Position numbers and translations under genes: made by a program. From positions 32,001-96,000 of IMG/VR virus record IMGVR_UViG_3300030419_006105: a stretch of 64,000 nt of DNA; one strand, written 5' to 3'. Below, piece by piece: positions 48,879 to 58,578 of this stretch. The first letter of the stretch is position 1; each line of letters opens with the position of its first letter. Below the pieces are notes generated by a model. That model ran no database searches. It was not told the DNA's origin and was given only the letters and a program-made list of their open reading frames with translations. This DNA comes from a virus.

Positions 48879-49101
48879 CATTACCTATTGCTTCTACTGG
48901 ACATCCATCCATTGCTTGTTTACACATTTCCTCTTCTTCCTCATTTTCCGGTTGCTTATATACATAAGAGTACCCTTCCTCTTCTTGACGTGTAAAATTA
49001 TCGGGAGCTTCTTCTCTACATAAATCACAATCTATACACTCTTCATCCACATAATACCTACCTGGTGTATTTTCAGGTTGTTTGTGTTCTTTATCTGGCA
49101 T
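48865..49101 (-). CDS. Monocluster Fe-S ferredoxin
   Basis: YYVDEECIDCDLC...CPVEAIG; highly acidic; TAAATA 6 nt upstream. Confidence 0.9.
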   Translation of the reverse strand: MPDKEHKQPENTPGRYYVDEECIDCDLCREEAPDNFTRQEEEGYSYVYKQPENEEEEEMCKQAMDGCPVEAIGNDGDT

Positions 49102-49110
49102 TTTAAATAT

Positions 49111-49977
49111 TTAGTCGAAACAATAACTCATTACTAAATTAGTTTTATATGAGCAATGAGGCATTCTATCTTTAATTTTTATAAATTCATCGTGTGTAAT
49201 AAACCCTTGCTTATATGCCTCTCCTTCAATACAACCAATCATTGTATTAGTTCTATCTTGTATAGATTTGACATACATAGATGCAGCAAACATTTCATCT
49301 GGATTTCCAGTATCAAACCAGGCATAATTACTATTTAACATATTATGTCCTAATACGTTATCATTTAAATAACTCTTATTTAAATCTGTAATTTCTAGTT
49401 CACCTCGCGCCGATGGTTTAAGTGCTCTAGCTCTTTTTCCAGCTGTATTATCATAAAAATAAATACCAGTTACAGCATAATTACTCATTGGTGTATCTGG
49501 TTTTTCTTCAATAGAAATAACATCTCCATACGGGTTTAATTCAATTACACCATATTCAGATGGATTTGACACTTTATAACTTACAACACAAGCTTTATTT
49601 CCATTAATTGTAGGTTTTTTTATACCAGTAAAAATATTATCTCCAAGAACTAAGCATACATTATCATCTCCTTGCCATTCTTCGGCTATAATGAGCGCTT
49701 CGGCTATACCTTTAGGTGATGGTTGTACTTTAAAAGTGAAATTAATTCCTAAGTATGGTTTATGTTTTCCATCAGCTTGATTAAACATTGTTAATAAATG
49801 AGGATAAGATATACCATTAGTAATAATCATTATATCTTTAATGCCTAATTTTATAAGAGTAGATAGAGGATAATAAATTGTAGGTTTATCATAAATCGGT
49901 AAAAGCTGCTTAGAAACTGTTTTTGTACTTGGATAAACTCTGGACCCAGTACCGCCGGCTAAAATGATACCCTTCAT
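49111..49977 (-). CDS. rmlA: Glucose-1-phosphate thymidylyltransferase
   Basis: GIILAGGTGSR, SKQLLPIYDKP, LGDNIF, EEKP, SARGELEITD, WFDTG. Confidence 0.95.
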   Translation of the reverse strand: MKGIILAGGTGSRVYPSTKTVSKQLLPIYDKPTIYYPLSTLIKLGIKDIMIITNGISYPHLLTMFNQADGKHKPYLGINFTFKVQPSPKGIAEALIIAEEWQGDDNVCLVLGDNIFTGIKKPTINGNKACVVSYKVSNPSEYGVIELNPYGDVISIEEKPDTPMSNYAVTGIYFYDNTAGKRARALKPSARGELEITDLNKSYLNDNVLGHNMLNSNYAWFDTGNPDEMFAASMYVKSIQDRTNTMIGCIEGEAYKQGFITHDEFIKIKDRMPHCSYKTNLVMSYCFD

Positions 49978-50058
49978 GTATTTATATTATACTGCTTATT
50001 TTAACAATTCAACTAAATTATTCGGCTGGAAATCAATAAATAATTGTAAAGGTTAACT

Positions 50059-52599
50059 ATGAGTAGAAGAACAATTCAATCACCTGGTGTAGAAATTAGA
50101 GAAATCGATCTGTCCCAACGGCCTGCTGCAGCCCTGGGTACGAGCGTATTTATTGCGGGATTTTCGAATCAAGGACCTACAGATGAAATTTTTAATGTTG
50201 GTACCTTCGCAGAATTCGAAGAAATTTACGGAAAACCCACTAACGCAGCTGAGAGATATTTTTATCACTCCACCAAACAGGTTTTTGACAGTGATGCAAA
50301 TGTTTTAGTATCTAGATTACCGTACGGTACTGGAGATGGTCAAAGTACTGAAAAGTATAGTGCACTATTTTACCCAGTTTCTAGTATTAATACATCTACT
50401 ATTACAGCGATTTCTAATAATACAATAACTCTTAATACTAGTGACGGACAAATCGGTTCTGAAAACATGTCAAATGTAGGTGCTGGTTGTACATTTGAGT
50501 TAGTAACTCAAGATTCAAACGGTCAAGTAAAATATACAAGTATTGATGGTACGGGTACTTATACCTCAGGAACGTTTACTTTAACATCTACTACAACAGA
50601 ATTTGCTACTATCACGGGAGATACGTTAGTATCTGGTCAGGCATTATCAGGAGCTCCTGTAAATCATACAGTTAGTTTATCAGCAGATAATTATTTTGTT
50701 CTTGGTAACCCGTTACACGTTGAATTAACAAGAGCTCAATATCTAAGTGCCCAGGATGAGAATTTTACTTGGTATGATGCTGGCGGAACTGTTAACCCAG
50801 GATTCCCTGGTAGAGCTGGTATGATTGTTTTAAACAAAGCAAAAGTAGCAACTAATAATGATTTTGAAGGTTATTATGTTGGTGTTACAGACAATAGTGT
50901 TGTTTCTCCAGCATCTAATCATGATATAATAAGAACTATAAAAGCTGTAACAAGTTCAAGTTCATATACTACATTTGGTAGTTTAACTGAAATTCCATCA
51001 TCAAGATATGAATTCGCTCTAAGTTCTACTCCTACATCTGAAAAGAATAGTGTGAGTAAGACTTTAGAAACATTTTCAAAATTTGATATTGATGGTGGTG
51101 AGTTTGTTGATACAATTAATATTGGATTGTTCAAAATCCGTAATACACCATTTAGTAATACTGATTTATCATTAACTCACTTCCTTGCAGAAGGTTATAC
51201 AGGTTCTTTAAACTCATTTCGTAAAGTTCAAAACGAAAACGGTGGTCAAAAGAAAACATTTTTTATTGGAGATGTTGAAGAAAATTCTCCTAACATAAAA
51301 GTACTAGTTAATCCATATATATCTAAGCACGGTGGTGATTGGGCTTCTTCAACAGGAGATGGACCAAAGAAATATGTACGTGTCGCTAATAAAATCGGAG
51401 CCAGTAATGCAGCTGTATTAGAAAAAGTTTTAGGTGCTAGTTCACCATCTGCTACAGGTAAAAACTTCGGTGGCGAGCCAGCTCTTGTAAGTTTAGGAGC
51501 TTATAGTGATGTTAATAATAATAGCAGTAAAAATACTGGAAGTATTCCTGATAAATTAGATAGAATATTTAATGTTGCTTCTAATGTAGATCTATTACCT
51601 ATTGACGTCAGTATTGAAGCAGGCTTAGGTACAGTATTTGCAGTAGGTAAGACTCAAGGTCTAAGTGCTTATGATGATACTGCGTTTGTTGATGTAGATG
51701 GAAGTGGTACTGGTTTTTATACTTCTGGAGATAATATGACAGGTTCTGATCAAATTAGTCTTCGAGATAATTATAGAACCATTTTCAATAAGTTTGAAAC
51801 ATTTGCAAGACAAACAAGAAAAGATCATATTTTTGTTGCTGATATATTAAAACCATTAGTAGTACAAGGAAGTAGAGGTAAAGTATTAGATGATAAAACC
51901 AAAAACTTTAGCCAACATGTTTATTGGCCAATGAGACATCAATTTGGTTTTGCTAATAGTAACTTTGCTACAACTTACGGTAACTGGGCAAAGGTATATG
52001 ATGGCACAAGTGATAATCAAATATGGATTCCATTCTCTGGAGTCGCTGCTAAAATTTATGCTAACAATGACGCAAACTTTGCTCCTTGGTACGCTCCTGC
52101 TGGTTTTAATCGTGGGGTTGTTACAGGAGTAAATGACGTGGCTATTAGCCCAACTCAACGTCAGAGAGATCAATTATATCGAATTGCAATTAACCCTGTT
52201 ACACAATTCCCTGCTGAAGGTATTGTTGTATTTGGTCAGAAGACCTTACAAAGAAAACCAACGGCATTTGACAGAGTTAATGTTCGTAGATTGTTCCTCG
52301 ATTTAGAGAAAAGAACACGAGAGACATTGAAATACTTTGTCTTTGAACCTAATACGTTCTTAACAAGGAATAAAGTAGTTAATACTTTAACACCAATTTT
52401 TGAGAACTGCAAGCAAACAGAAGGAGTGTATGATTACCTTATTGTTTGTGATAGTCGGAATAACCCTGCAAGTGTTATTGACCAGAATGAGCTAAGAGTA
52501 GATATCTATTTGAAGCCAGTTCGTGCTGCAGAGTTTATATTAGTTAACTTCTACGCTGTTAACACAGATGTTAATTTCGAGGAGATAGCAGGTCAATAA
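50059..52599 (+). CDS. gp18: Contractile tail sheath protein
   Basis: SPGVEIREIDLS, PWYAPAGFNRG, FGQKTL, FDRVNVRRLF, FEPN, KPVRAAEFI. Confidence 0.95.
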   Translation: MSRRTIQSPGVEIREIDLSQRPAAALGTSVFIAGFSNQGPTDEIFNVGTFAEFEEIYGKPTNAAERYFYHSTKQVFDSDANVLVSRLPYGTGDGQSTEKYSALFYPVSSINTSTITAISNNTITLNTSDGQIGSENMSNVGAGCTFELVTQDSNGQVKYTSIDGTGTYTSGTFTLTSTTTEFATITGDTLVSGQALSGAPVNHTVSLSADNYFVLGNPLHVELTRAQYLSAQDENFTWYDAGGTVNPGFPGRAGMIVLNKAKVATNNDFEGYYVGVTDNSVVSPASNHDIIRTIKAVTSSSSYTTFGSLTEIPSSRYEFALSSTPTSEKNSVSKTLETFSKFDIDGGEFVDTINIGLFKIRNTPFSNTDLSLTHFLAEGYTGSLNSFRKVQNENGGQKKTFFIGDVEENSPNIKVLVNPYISKHGGDWASSTGDGPKKYVRVANKIGASNAAVLEKVLGASSPSATGKNFGGEPALVSLGAYSDVNNNSSKNTGSIPDKLDRIFNVASNVDLLPIDVSIEAGLGTVFAVGKTQGLSAYDDTAFVDVDGSGTGFYTSGDNMTGSDQISLRDNYRTIFNKFETFARQTRKDHIFVADILKPLVVQGSRGKVLDDKTKNFSQHVYWPMRHQFGFANSNFATTYGNWAKVYDGTSDNQIWIPFSGVAAKIYANNDANFAPWYAPAGFNRGVVTGVNDVAISPTQRQRDQLYRIAINPVTQFPAEGIVVFGQKTLQRKPTAFDRVNVRRLFLDLEKRTRETLKYFVFEPNTFLTRNKVVNTLTPIFENCKQTEGVYDYLIVCDSRNNPASVIDQNELRVDIYLKPVRAAEFILVNFYAVNTDVNFEEIAGQ

Positions 52600-52629
52600 T
52601 AACGACGAAACCTAAATAATTATAACATC

Positions 52630-53220
52630 ATGGCTGATATTAAACAAACAATTAAGGACTTTTATAAGGTAGCTCAAACAAGAGACTTTGCACGTGACTT
52701 TCAGTTTCGTGTATTAGATGTCTCTAATAAAGGTGTACCTGTTTTTACTGAAGATGATCTAGTGTACGCTACAACAGCGACACTTCCTGGTAAACAAATT
52801 TCACCGAAGGAGGTACCGTATAATGGTTTTACTTTCCGCATCCCTGGAACAGTATCGTATAATAACAGTGATGGGTTTACTATTGATTTCTATTGTGATG
52901 CGACGACAAATACTCGTGTACAAATGGAAAACTGGGTAACAGAAACATTTAACGACGAAACTACTACTGGTGATGGTGTTCTTCATAATAATAGCACCAT
53001 TACTTTAGTACAGCTTGATACTAAATTTGAGCCATTACGTACATATAAATTATATGGAGTGTTTCCTGTTAATAGTGGTGATATTAGTTATACTATCTCT
53101 GGTAGTGGAGAAGTTGCAACAACTACAATTACTATGGCTTATCAGTTCTTTAGGAGAGACAATGAGCTTAACACAGCAGTAAACTCAATTGGTAAATTAG
53201 CTGGTGCAGTATTAGGTTAA
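52630..53220 (+). CDS. gp19: Tail tube protein
   Basis: Follows sheath; ATLPG, VPYNG..IPG, LVQLD, YKLYGVFP, MAYQFF. Confidence 0.85.
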   Translation: MADIKQTIKDFYKVAQTRDFARDFQFRVLDVSNKGVPVFTEDDLVYATTATLPGKQISPKEVPYNGFTFRIPGTVSYNNSDGFTIDFYCDATTNTRVQMENWVTETFNDETTTGDGVLHNNSTITLVQLDTKFEPLRTYKLYGVFPVNSGDISYTISGSGEVATTTITMAYQFFRRDNELNTAVNSIGKLAGAVLG

Positions 53221-53238
53221 TTGACCTAAATACTTTAA

Positions 53239-54003
53239 ATGGGTTTATTTGATTTTCTAACTGCAGCTCCTGGTGGAGCAAATGTAGAGATGCCACCTCT
53301 TGAGAAGAGAAACTTAAGAGAGTCTTTCTTTCAACTATTAAAAGAGTTCTCTACATTTCCTGCCACTCAAAATTTATTCTTAGTAAAGATAGATAATCTT
53401 CCTAAAGCCCTTACTGACGAAAATCAAAAAAATCTAGGTATAACAGAAGGTGCACAACCGTTAGGGGTAAATAAGGCAAAGTCTGTTTATGAGAGATATA
53501 TATCAGGTCCTGAGTTTATGTATCTAGCTACAGGTGTTGACTTAACTACAGAAAAATTATCTGTAGCTAGTGAAGGTAAATTAATTAACGGTTATTTACC
53601 AGTTGGTCCATTTGTTAATAATAGAGAGTATCCTGATACAGATCTTGAAATACAATTCTCTGAAACTAATATTAGTTTTGTAGATTCTATAATTAGACCA
53701 TGGATTCAATTATATAGTGTACATGGAAATTTTGATGATATAGATTTAACAACAACAGTTACAATATATTTTATAGCTAAAGAACAATTAACTACAAGAG
53801 CTACATTTAAATCTATATTATTTGGCCCGTCAGGTGGGTCTCCTGTTATTCGAAAAATATACAAATATAAAGACTGTATACCATATAATATAGTTAGTGC
53901 GAATGTTGCAGAGTATAGTTCAGATACTAAAATAGGTTCTGTGGGTACCAGATGGAGATTTTCTACGTATGACGTAATTACTCCTATAGATGGTAAGTTA
54001 TAA
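53239..54003 (+). CDS. Tail-tube-like baseplate protein (gp54-like tube initiator candidate)
   Basis: IQFSETN..IRPW, YKYKDCIP tube-fold pattern; position. Confidence 0.55.
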   Translation: MGLFDFLTAAPGGANVEMPPLEKRNLRESFFQLLKEFSTFPATQNLFLVKIDNLPKALTDENQKNLGITEGAQPLGVNKAKSVYERYISGPEFMYLATGVDLTTEKLSVASEGKLINGYLPVGPFVNNREYPDTDLEIQFSETNISFVDSIIRPWIQLYSVHGNFDDIDLTTTVTIYFIAKEQLTTRATFKSILFGPSGGSPVIRKIYKYKDCIPYNIVSANVAEYSSDTKIGSVGTRWRFSTYDVITPIDGKL

Positions 54004-54682
54004 TAATGTCGCAAAACTAACTTATTTTTCAGAAAATGACAGAAAGAAGAACTTTTTAGATTTATTCCTGTCTTTATGTGACAGTAATAATATTATTGAA
54101 ATTTTATCATTTATTAAAGAAGAACGATTTGTTGAAAAAGATAGTAGTATAAAAATAATATACGACGGAAAAGAGGCAATTATTTTTAAAGAAAATTTTC
54201 TACTAAATATACCAGAAAGTAATCCTACAAACCACACAATAGATGATTTTGAATTTGTATTAGACTATCCTGATATTATAGATTATACATGTAAACCTAT
54301 GCATTGTATTAAAAGTATAAAATATCAAGATGAAATTCACCATATGAAAGCTAATACAGATTATAATTTAATTACCAAACCATTATATAATCAATTACGT
54401 CCTAAAATAAATGAATATATAAGTGAGTTACATAACATTTCAATATACGAAATCGGTCCTATAGTTAGTGGATTTACATTGCATATCGACTTAATAATTA
54501 AAATAATTGAATTAGCTTTTGTAACTTCATTTAAACATATAATTGATGAACGATTATTTTTAATGAAAGAATATAATTTTACATATGAAGCATTTGATCA
54601 ACTATCATACTTAGAAGCTAAACAATATTTGATAAAGGGAATAAAACTAATTAATGAACGCAATAATTCAGAAGCTAAGTGA
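53990..54682 (+). CDS. Putative baseplate hub assembly protein
   Basis: C-terminal FLMKEYNFTYEAFDQLSYLEAKQY resembles a gp51-type tail; position. Confidence 0.45.
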   Translation: MVSYNNVAKLTYFSENDRKKNFLDLFLSLCDSNNIIEILSFIKEERFVEKDSSIKIIYDGKEAIIFKENFLLNIPESNPTNHTIDDFEFVLDYPDIIDYTCKPMHCIKSIKYQDEIHHMKANTDYNLITKPLYNQLRPKINEYISELHNISIYEIGPIVSGFTLHIDLIIKIIELAFVTSFKHIIDERLFLMKEYNFTYEAFDQLSYLEAKQYLIKGIKLINERNNSEAK

Positions 54683-55298
54683 GTTAAGTAAATTAAATTT
54701 AACTTTACCAATTAGTCAAAAACAAATTGAAATTAATAAGATAAACTTAGAATTACAATCTAAGTTTGAAGAATTTGCTCGAAATGTAAACAATGAAATT
54801 GCTGCCAGTACTAAATTTTTACAATTTATTAATAATCATATAAGAAAAGAAGCAAAACAAAATGTTGGATATTTAGATAAATTGTATATTTTACAGCAAT
54901 GGTATAATGATGTAAAAACTGATGAAAATGTAGAATGTGAAATTACAGATATACAAATACCAGATTTTACTATTACTATAGATGGTACTGATTTACTATT
55001 TAAATTTGAACTTCCAGAGATTGCTAAGGAACTAGCTTACTTAAAATATGTTATTGATACTAAAAAAGACGAAATGAAATCTGTAGATGTATTATTTTAT
55101 TTTGTTTTTAGATATATACTATCTGTTGAAATAGAAGGAGACACACTAACAACAGAAGATATTGAAACTTCAGAGACTTTATACAAGCATTTGAGCATGA
55201 ATAAAATTACATCTATCTCTGAACATATAGATAAAGCCTTAAAACCAATACAAACAGTAAGAAACTTCGAAGTAGACCCACGCGTATTCTTTGCCTAA
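54654..55298 (+). CDS. Putative baseplate hub protein (gp26-like)
   Basis: LTLPISQKQI N-terminus, C-terminal FF; position before tape-measure candidate. Confidence 0.45.
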   Translation: MNAIIQKLSELSKLNLTLPISQKQIEINKINLELQSKFEEFARNVNNEIAASTKFLQFINNHIRKEAKQNVGYLDKLYILQQWYNDVKTDENVECEITDIQIPDFTITIDGTDLLFKFELPEIAKELAYLKYVIDTKKDEMKSVDVLFYFVFRYILSVEIEGDTLTTEDIETSETLYKHLSMNKITSISEHIDKALKPIQTVRNFEVDPRVFFA

Positions 55299-55313
55299 TA
55301 ATTAAATAATTAT

Positions 55314-57017
55314 ATGGCAGAACTGACTGCAGAACAACTCAATGCTTTAATGGGTAATCAAAGAAGCATTGAACGCAATAGATCTGAGATGGAGGCATTC
55401 CGACAACAGGATATTCCTCCCATTATTAATCAATTAAGAGAGGTTAATAGTAAATTATTCAGTTTAGCGGAATCTGTTGGTCGGATAGTAAGACAAGTAG
55501 ATAAACCACCTGTAATCAAAAACGGAGATAACGGAGATGATAATTCTGAACAAAAGACCGACAAAATGGTCACTACTCCGTTAGAAACAATCTCCAATCA
55601 TTTAGCTGATATTAAAGATTTTCTCAAACAAACATTTCAACCTACAGGTCTTTCTGGATCAACTCAAGATACAAATATAGGAATGCTTGATAAGCAGGAA
55701 AAAGAAGATCAAGAAGAAGATCAAAAACAAATAGCAGCAGGACCGAAAGGAACTGCTCTTGCATGGTTAGGTGGTTTATTCGCAGTTGGTGCTTTAGGTC
55801 AACTTAGTAAAGTATTCGGTATCGGAGCAGGGGCTGGTGTCGCCGGTGGTTTATTAGCTAAGATAGGACCTAAGATATTTAAGTGGACTGGACCTATAAT
55901 GAGACGTATACCTATTATCGGTTCTTTATTTTCATTTTGGGAAGCCTATAAAAAGTTTCAAGCTGGTGGTATAGATAATATAATATTTGGTTTAATGGAT
56001 GTTGCTGCTGGTATTGCGTATGCAGTACCAGGCATTGGCACTGCTATAGGTCTAGGTCTAGATGTACTTCAATACTTTTTAAAAGAGAAAGCTAATGAAT
56101 GGAAAAAGGAAACTGGTGAGACTAGCTTCTTTGGAAGTATGTGGGATAAGATAATGGAATATTTGAAAAAGACCCCAATGTTTAAATGGTTTATTGATAC
56201 TGGTAAAAAAGGTAAAGAGTTTTGGAATAAACCAACATGGGAAACATTTAAGGCGTTTGGTGGTCAATTTTTCAGTGTTCTTCAACCATTGTTAAATACA
56301 TTTAGTATGCTTGATAAAGATGCAGGTGCAGCATTAGGTTTAACAGATGACAAGGGTAAACCACAAGGGTTATTTGGGTGGGTTGCGGATAAAGTAGATG
56401 AATGGATTATTACACCTGTAATGGATTTTTTAGAAAGCATATTTGTTTCAATTGGTGAAAGTATGATAAAGGTAGGAAAATCAGTTGATGATTTTATTAA
56501 AAGAGTTGTTGATAATAATATTTCTGATGGAATGATAAAAGATAGTGTCTATTGGGCTTTTGGTTGGAATAAAGGACCAGAACCAGAAGGAGGCTGGGGT
56601 GAAGTAGAGGGACTTACAGACGGAGGTGAACATAAAGAAGCTCGGAAAGAAGGTATATCTAAGCTTAGAAAAGCCGATATAGAACGTATTAAAAAATGGG
56701 GCAAACTAGTCGGGGGTCACTACTCAACTCAAGAATATTTTAATTCTCTACCTAACCTATCAGATGAAGGAATACAAGAACAATTAAAAATGCTAAAATT
56801 TAAAGCTTCAAGAAGAGGCCTAGAATTTAAAAAAGTACCAGACCCTCAAACAGTGCCACCAACAATAGAACAAGAACAATTCTTTAAAAATCAGTTACGC
56901 GAGTTCATTAAACCACAAAGTAATATTAATACTAGTATAAACAACCAATCAGTTACATACGTAGCTCCAGTGTCTCCGTCAGTAAAACATTTAACCCAGC
57001 AAGGTATAGGTGGATAA
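55314..57017 (+). CDS. Putative tape measure / hub protein (gp29-like)
   Basis: 567 aa, helical, Gly/Ala-rich hydrophobic segments (RRIPIIGSLF, VPGIGTAIGLG), periodic Trp; TAAATA 5 nt upstream. Confidence 0.55.
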   Translation: MAELTAEQLNALMGNQRSIERNRSEMEAFRQQDIPPIINQLREVNSKLFSLAESVGRIVRQVDKPPVIKNGDNGDDNSEQKTDKMVTTPLETISNHLADIKDFLKQTFQPTGLSGSTQDTNIGMLDKQEKEDQEEDQKQIAAGPKGTALAWLGGLFAVGALGQLSKVFGIGAGAGVAGGLLAKIGPKIFKWTGPIMRRIPIIGSLFSFWEAYKKFQAGGIDNIIFGLMDVAAGIAYAVPGIGTAIGLGLDVLQYFLKEKANEWKKETGETSFFGSMWDKIMEYLKKTPMFKWFIDTGKKGKEFWNKPTWETFKAFGGQFFSVLQPLLNTFSMLDKDAGAALGLTDDKGKPQGLFGWVADKVDEWIITPVMDFLESIFVSIGESMIKVGKSVDDFIKRVVDNNISDGMIKDSVYWAFGWNKGPEPEGGWGEVEGLTDGGEHKEARKEGISKLRKADIERIKKWGKLVGGHYSTQEYFNSLPNLSDEGIQEQLKMLKFKASRRGLEFKKVPDPQTVPPTIEQEQFFKNQLREFIKPQSNINTSINNQSVTYVAPVSPSVKHLTQQGIGG

Positions 57018-57025
57018 TTAAATAA

Positions 57026-58204
57026 ATGAGTAAACTATTTAAATTTGTAAGAGAAGAACAATCTCACATAGGTATTGGAGATAATGTACCAGATAAACTT
57101 TCTGGTGTAGGTCAAGCAGGCGCGCAAGCAACTGTAGAAGGTAAAAGTGACCGATTAGTACCTGATGGTAGTACTGTAATAGATGTAGTTAAAAACTTTA
57201 AATGGACAAAAACTAAAAGAAACAGTGTTGGGAGAGATAATACACCTGCTATAGAATTACAAGAGTTTTATGTTACATTACCAGCCTTTTATAGTAATTT
57301 AAATGTTGCAAAACAGATCGCTACTTCAGCTGGAAAAGGTATAAGTGGAATAATGGATCAAATAACAAAAATCGCCGGCTCTGGTCAAAGTGTTGTCAGC
57401 GCAGTAAAAGAAGGAGCGAGTTCTGTTAATGAATCTGTAGAAAGAATATTAGAACAAGCAAGAGCAACATTTGGTGTTGAAGAAATGAAAATGCCACAAT
57501 ATCTTAAAGCTTATGAAATGTTGTATGGTGTAAAAAGATCAAACTTTATTTATAAGTTACCATATTTAGATGATACATATAAAGAAATTCAAAATCAATG
57601 GCAAATGGGTGGTGGTACAGTAAATGAAACATTAACAACTGGAATAGGAGAGCTTACAGACCTAATAGGTGCAATGGCAATGCCTGGAGTAGGTATTGAC
57701 TTTTCTAAATCGTTTTCATACCCTACTGACGGTCCGAGCCACACCTTTGAATTCTTCTTAGATAATACAAGAGATTCAGCTTACACAGGAGAAGAAATTA
57801 CTATGAATGCAGGATCTGGTGCACCATGGGTTGCTGCTACAGGTAATAGACGAGTTGTACCAAATTATGAAACAAATTATCGGTTAATATTTTTATTACT
57901 TTATCAAAATATGCCTAACAAATTAAATCGTGTAGCATTAACACCACCTGTTATTTACAGAGCTAAGCTACCAGGTGTGTTTAGTTATAGATATAGTTTT
58001 TTATCTAGCATAAAAATTGAGATGTTAGGTACAAGAAAAAATAAAGTAATACCAAAATTTATTACTACAGAAGGTAATAGAGATGTTCAAGCAGTAATAC
58101 CAGAAGGATATAAAATAAATTTAACTTTACAAAGCTTAGTACCAGAGACTCAGAATTTATATTTTGATGCAATTAATAACCCAGTATTTTCAACAGAAGA
58201 ATAA
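57026..58204 (+). CDS. Baseplate tail-tube cap-like protein (gp48-like)
   Basis: YKLPY, FEFFLDNT, PPVIY..PG, INLTLQSL; position before gp53. Confidence 0.5.
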   Translation: MSKLFKFVREEQSHIGIGDNVPDKLSGVGQAGAQATVEGKSDRLVPDGSTVIDVVKNFKWTKTKRNSVGRDNTPAIELQEFYVTLPAFYSNLNVAKQIATSAGKGISGIMDQITKIAGSGQSVVSAVKEGASSVNESVERILEQARATFGVEEMKMPQYLKAYEMLYGVKRSNFIYKLPYLDDTYKEIQNQWQMGGGTVNETLTTGIGELTDLIGAMAMPGVGIDFSKSFSYPTDGPSHTFEFFLDNTRDSAYTGEEITMNAGSGAPWVAATGNRRVVPNYETNYRLIFLLLYQNMPNKLNRVALTPPVIYRAKLPGVFSYRYSFLSSIKIEMLGTRKNKVIPKFITTEGNRDVQAVIPEGYKINLTLQSLVPETQNLYFDAINNPVFSTEE

Positions 58205-58206
58205 TT

Positions 58207-58578
58207 ATGATTACAGACTTAGAACAATATCAAAATCAAATAACTGACTTACCGAATTTAGAGGAAGTAAGATATGAAAATATTTTTAAAGTGGCTAAGT
58301 CTGATAAATTCTTTTTTTATAATATTATAAAAAAGATTACTATACCAGAAGACTTACAATCTGATATTTATTATGAACTAAGAATTAATAGTAACAAGCC
58401 ATGGACAACATTGTCTCATGATGTATATGGTACTCAAGATTTATGGTGGTTAATTTGCTTAGTAAATAATATTTTTAATCCTATTGATAACCCTGAGTTA
58501 GGAGCTGTATATAAAATAATAAGACCTGATTATGTTAACCCTATTTTAGCAGAAATAAAGAGACTTACTAATGGCTGA
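58207..58578 (+). CDS. gp53: Baseplate wedge LysM-like protein
   Basis: WTTLSHDVYGTQDLWWLICLVNNIFNP. Confidence 0.8.
   Translation: MITDLEQYQNQITDLPNLEEVRYENIFKVAKSDKFFFYNIIKKITIPEDLQSDIYYELRINSNKPWTTLSHDVYGTQDLWWLICLVNNIFNPIDNPELGAVYKIIRPDYVNPILAEIKRLTNG

Noticed and set aside
47444-49977. Host contamination or chimeric join around DUF1552-ferredoxin-rmlA
   Set aside because: Composition matches the flanks, genes overlap or abut phage genes, and they carry the phage TAAATA motif.
5099-56285. Short ORF-track entries antisense to or nested in long genes (e.g. 5099-5296, 9839-10036, 15444-15704, 17070-17264, 18133-18360, 23412-23732, 28863-29183, 39129-39455, 45480-45812, 51886-52173, 53706-54014, 56079-56285)
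   Set aside because: They overlap well-supported genes, lack motifs or promoters, and look like shadow frames.
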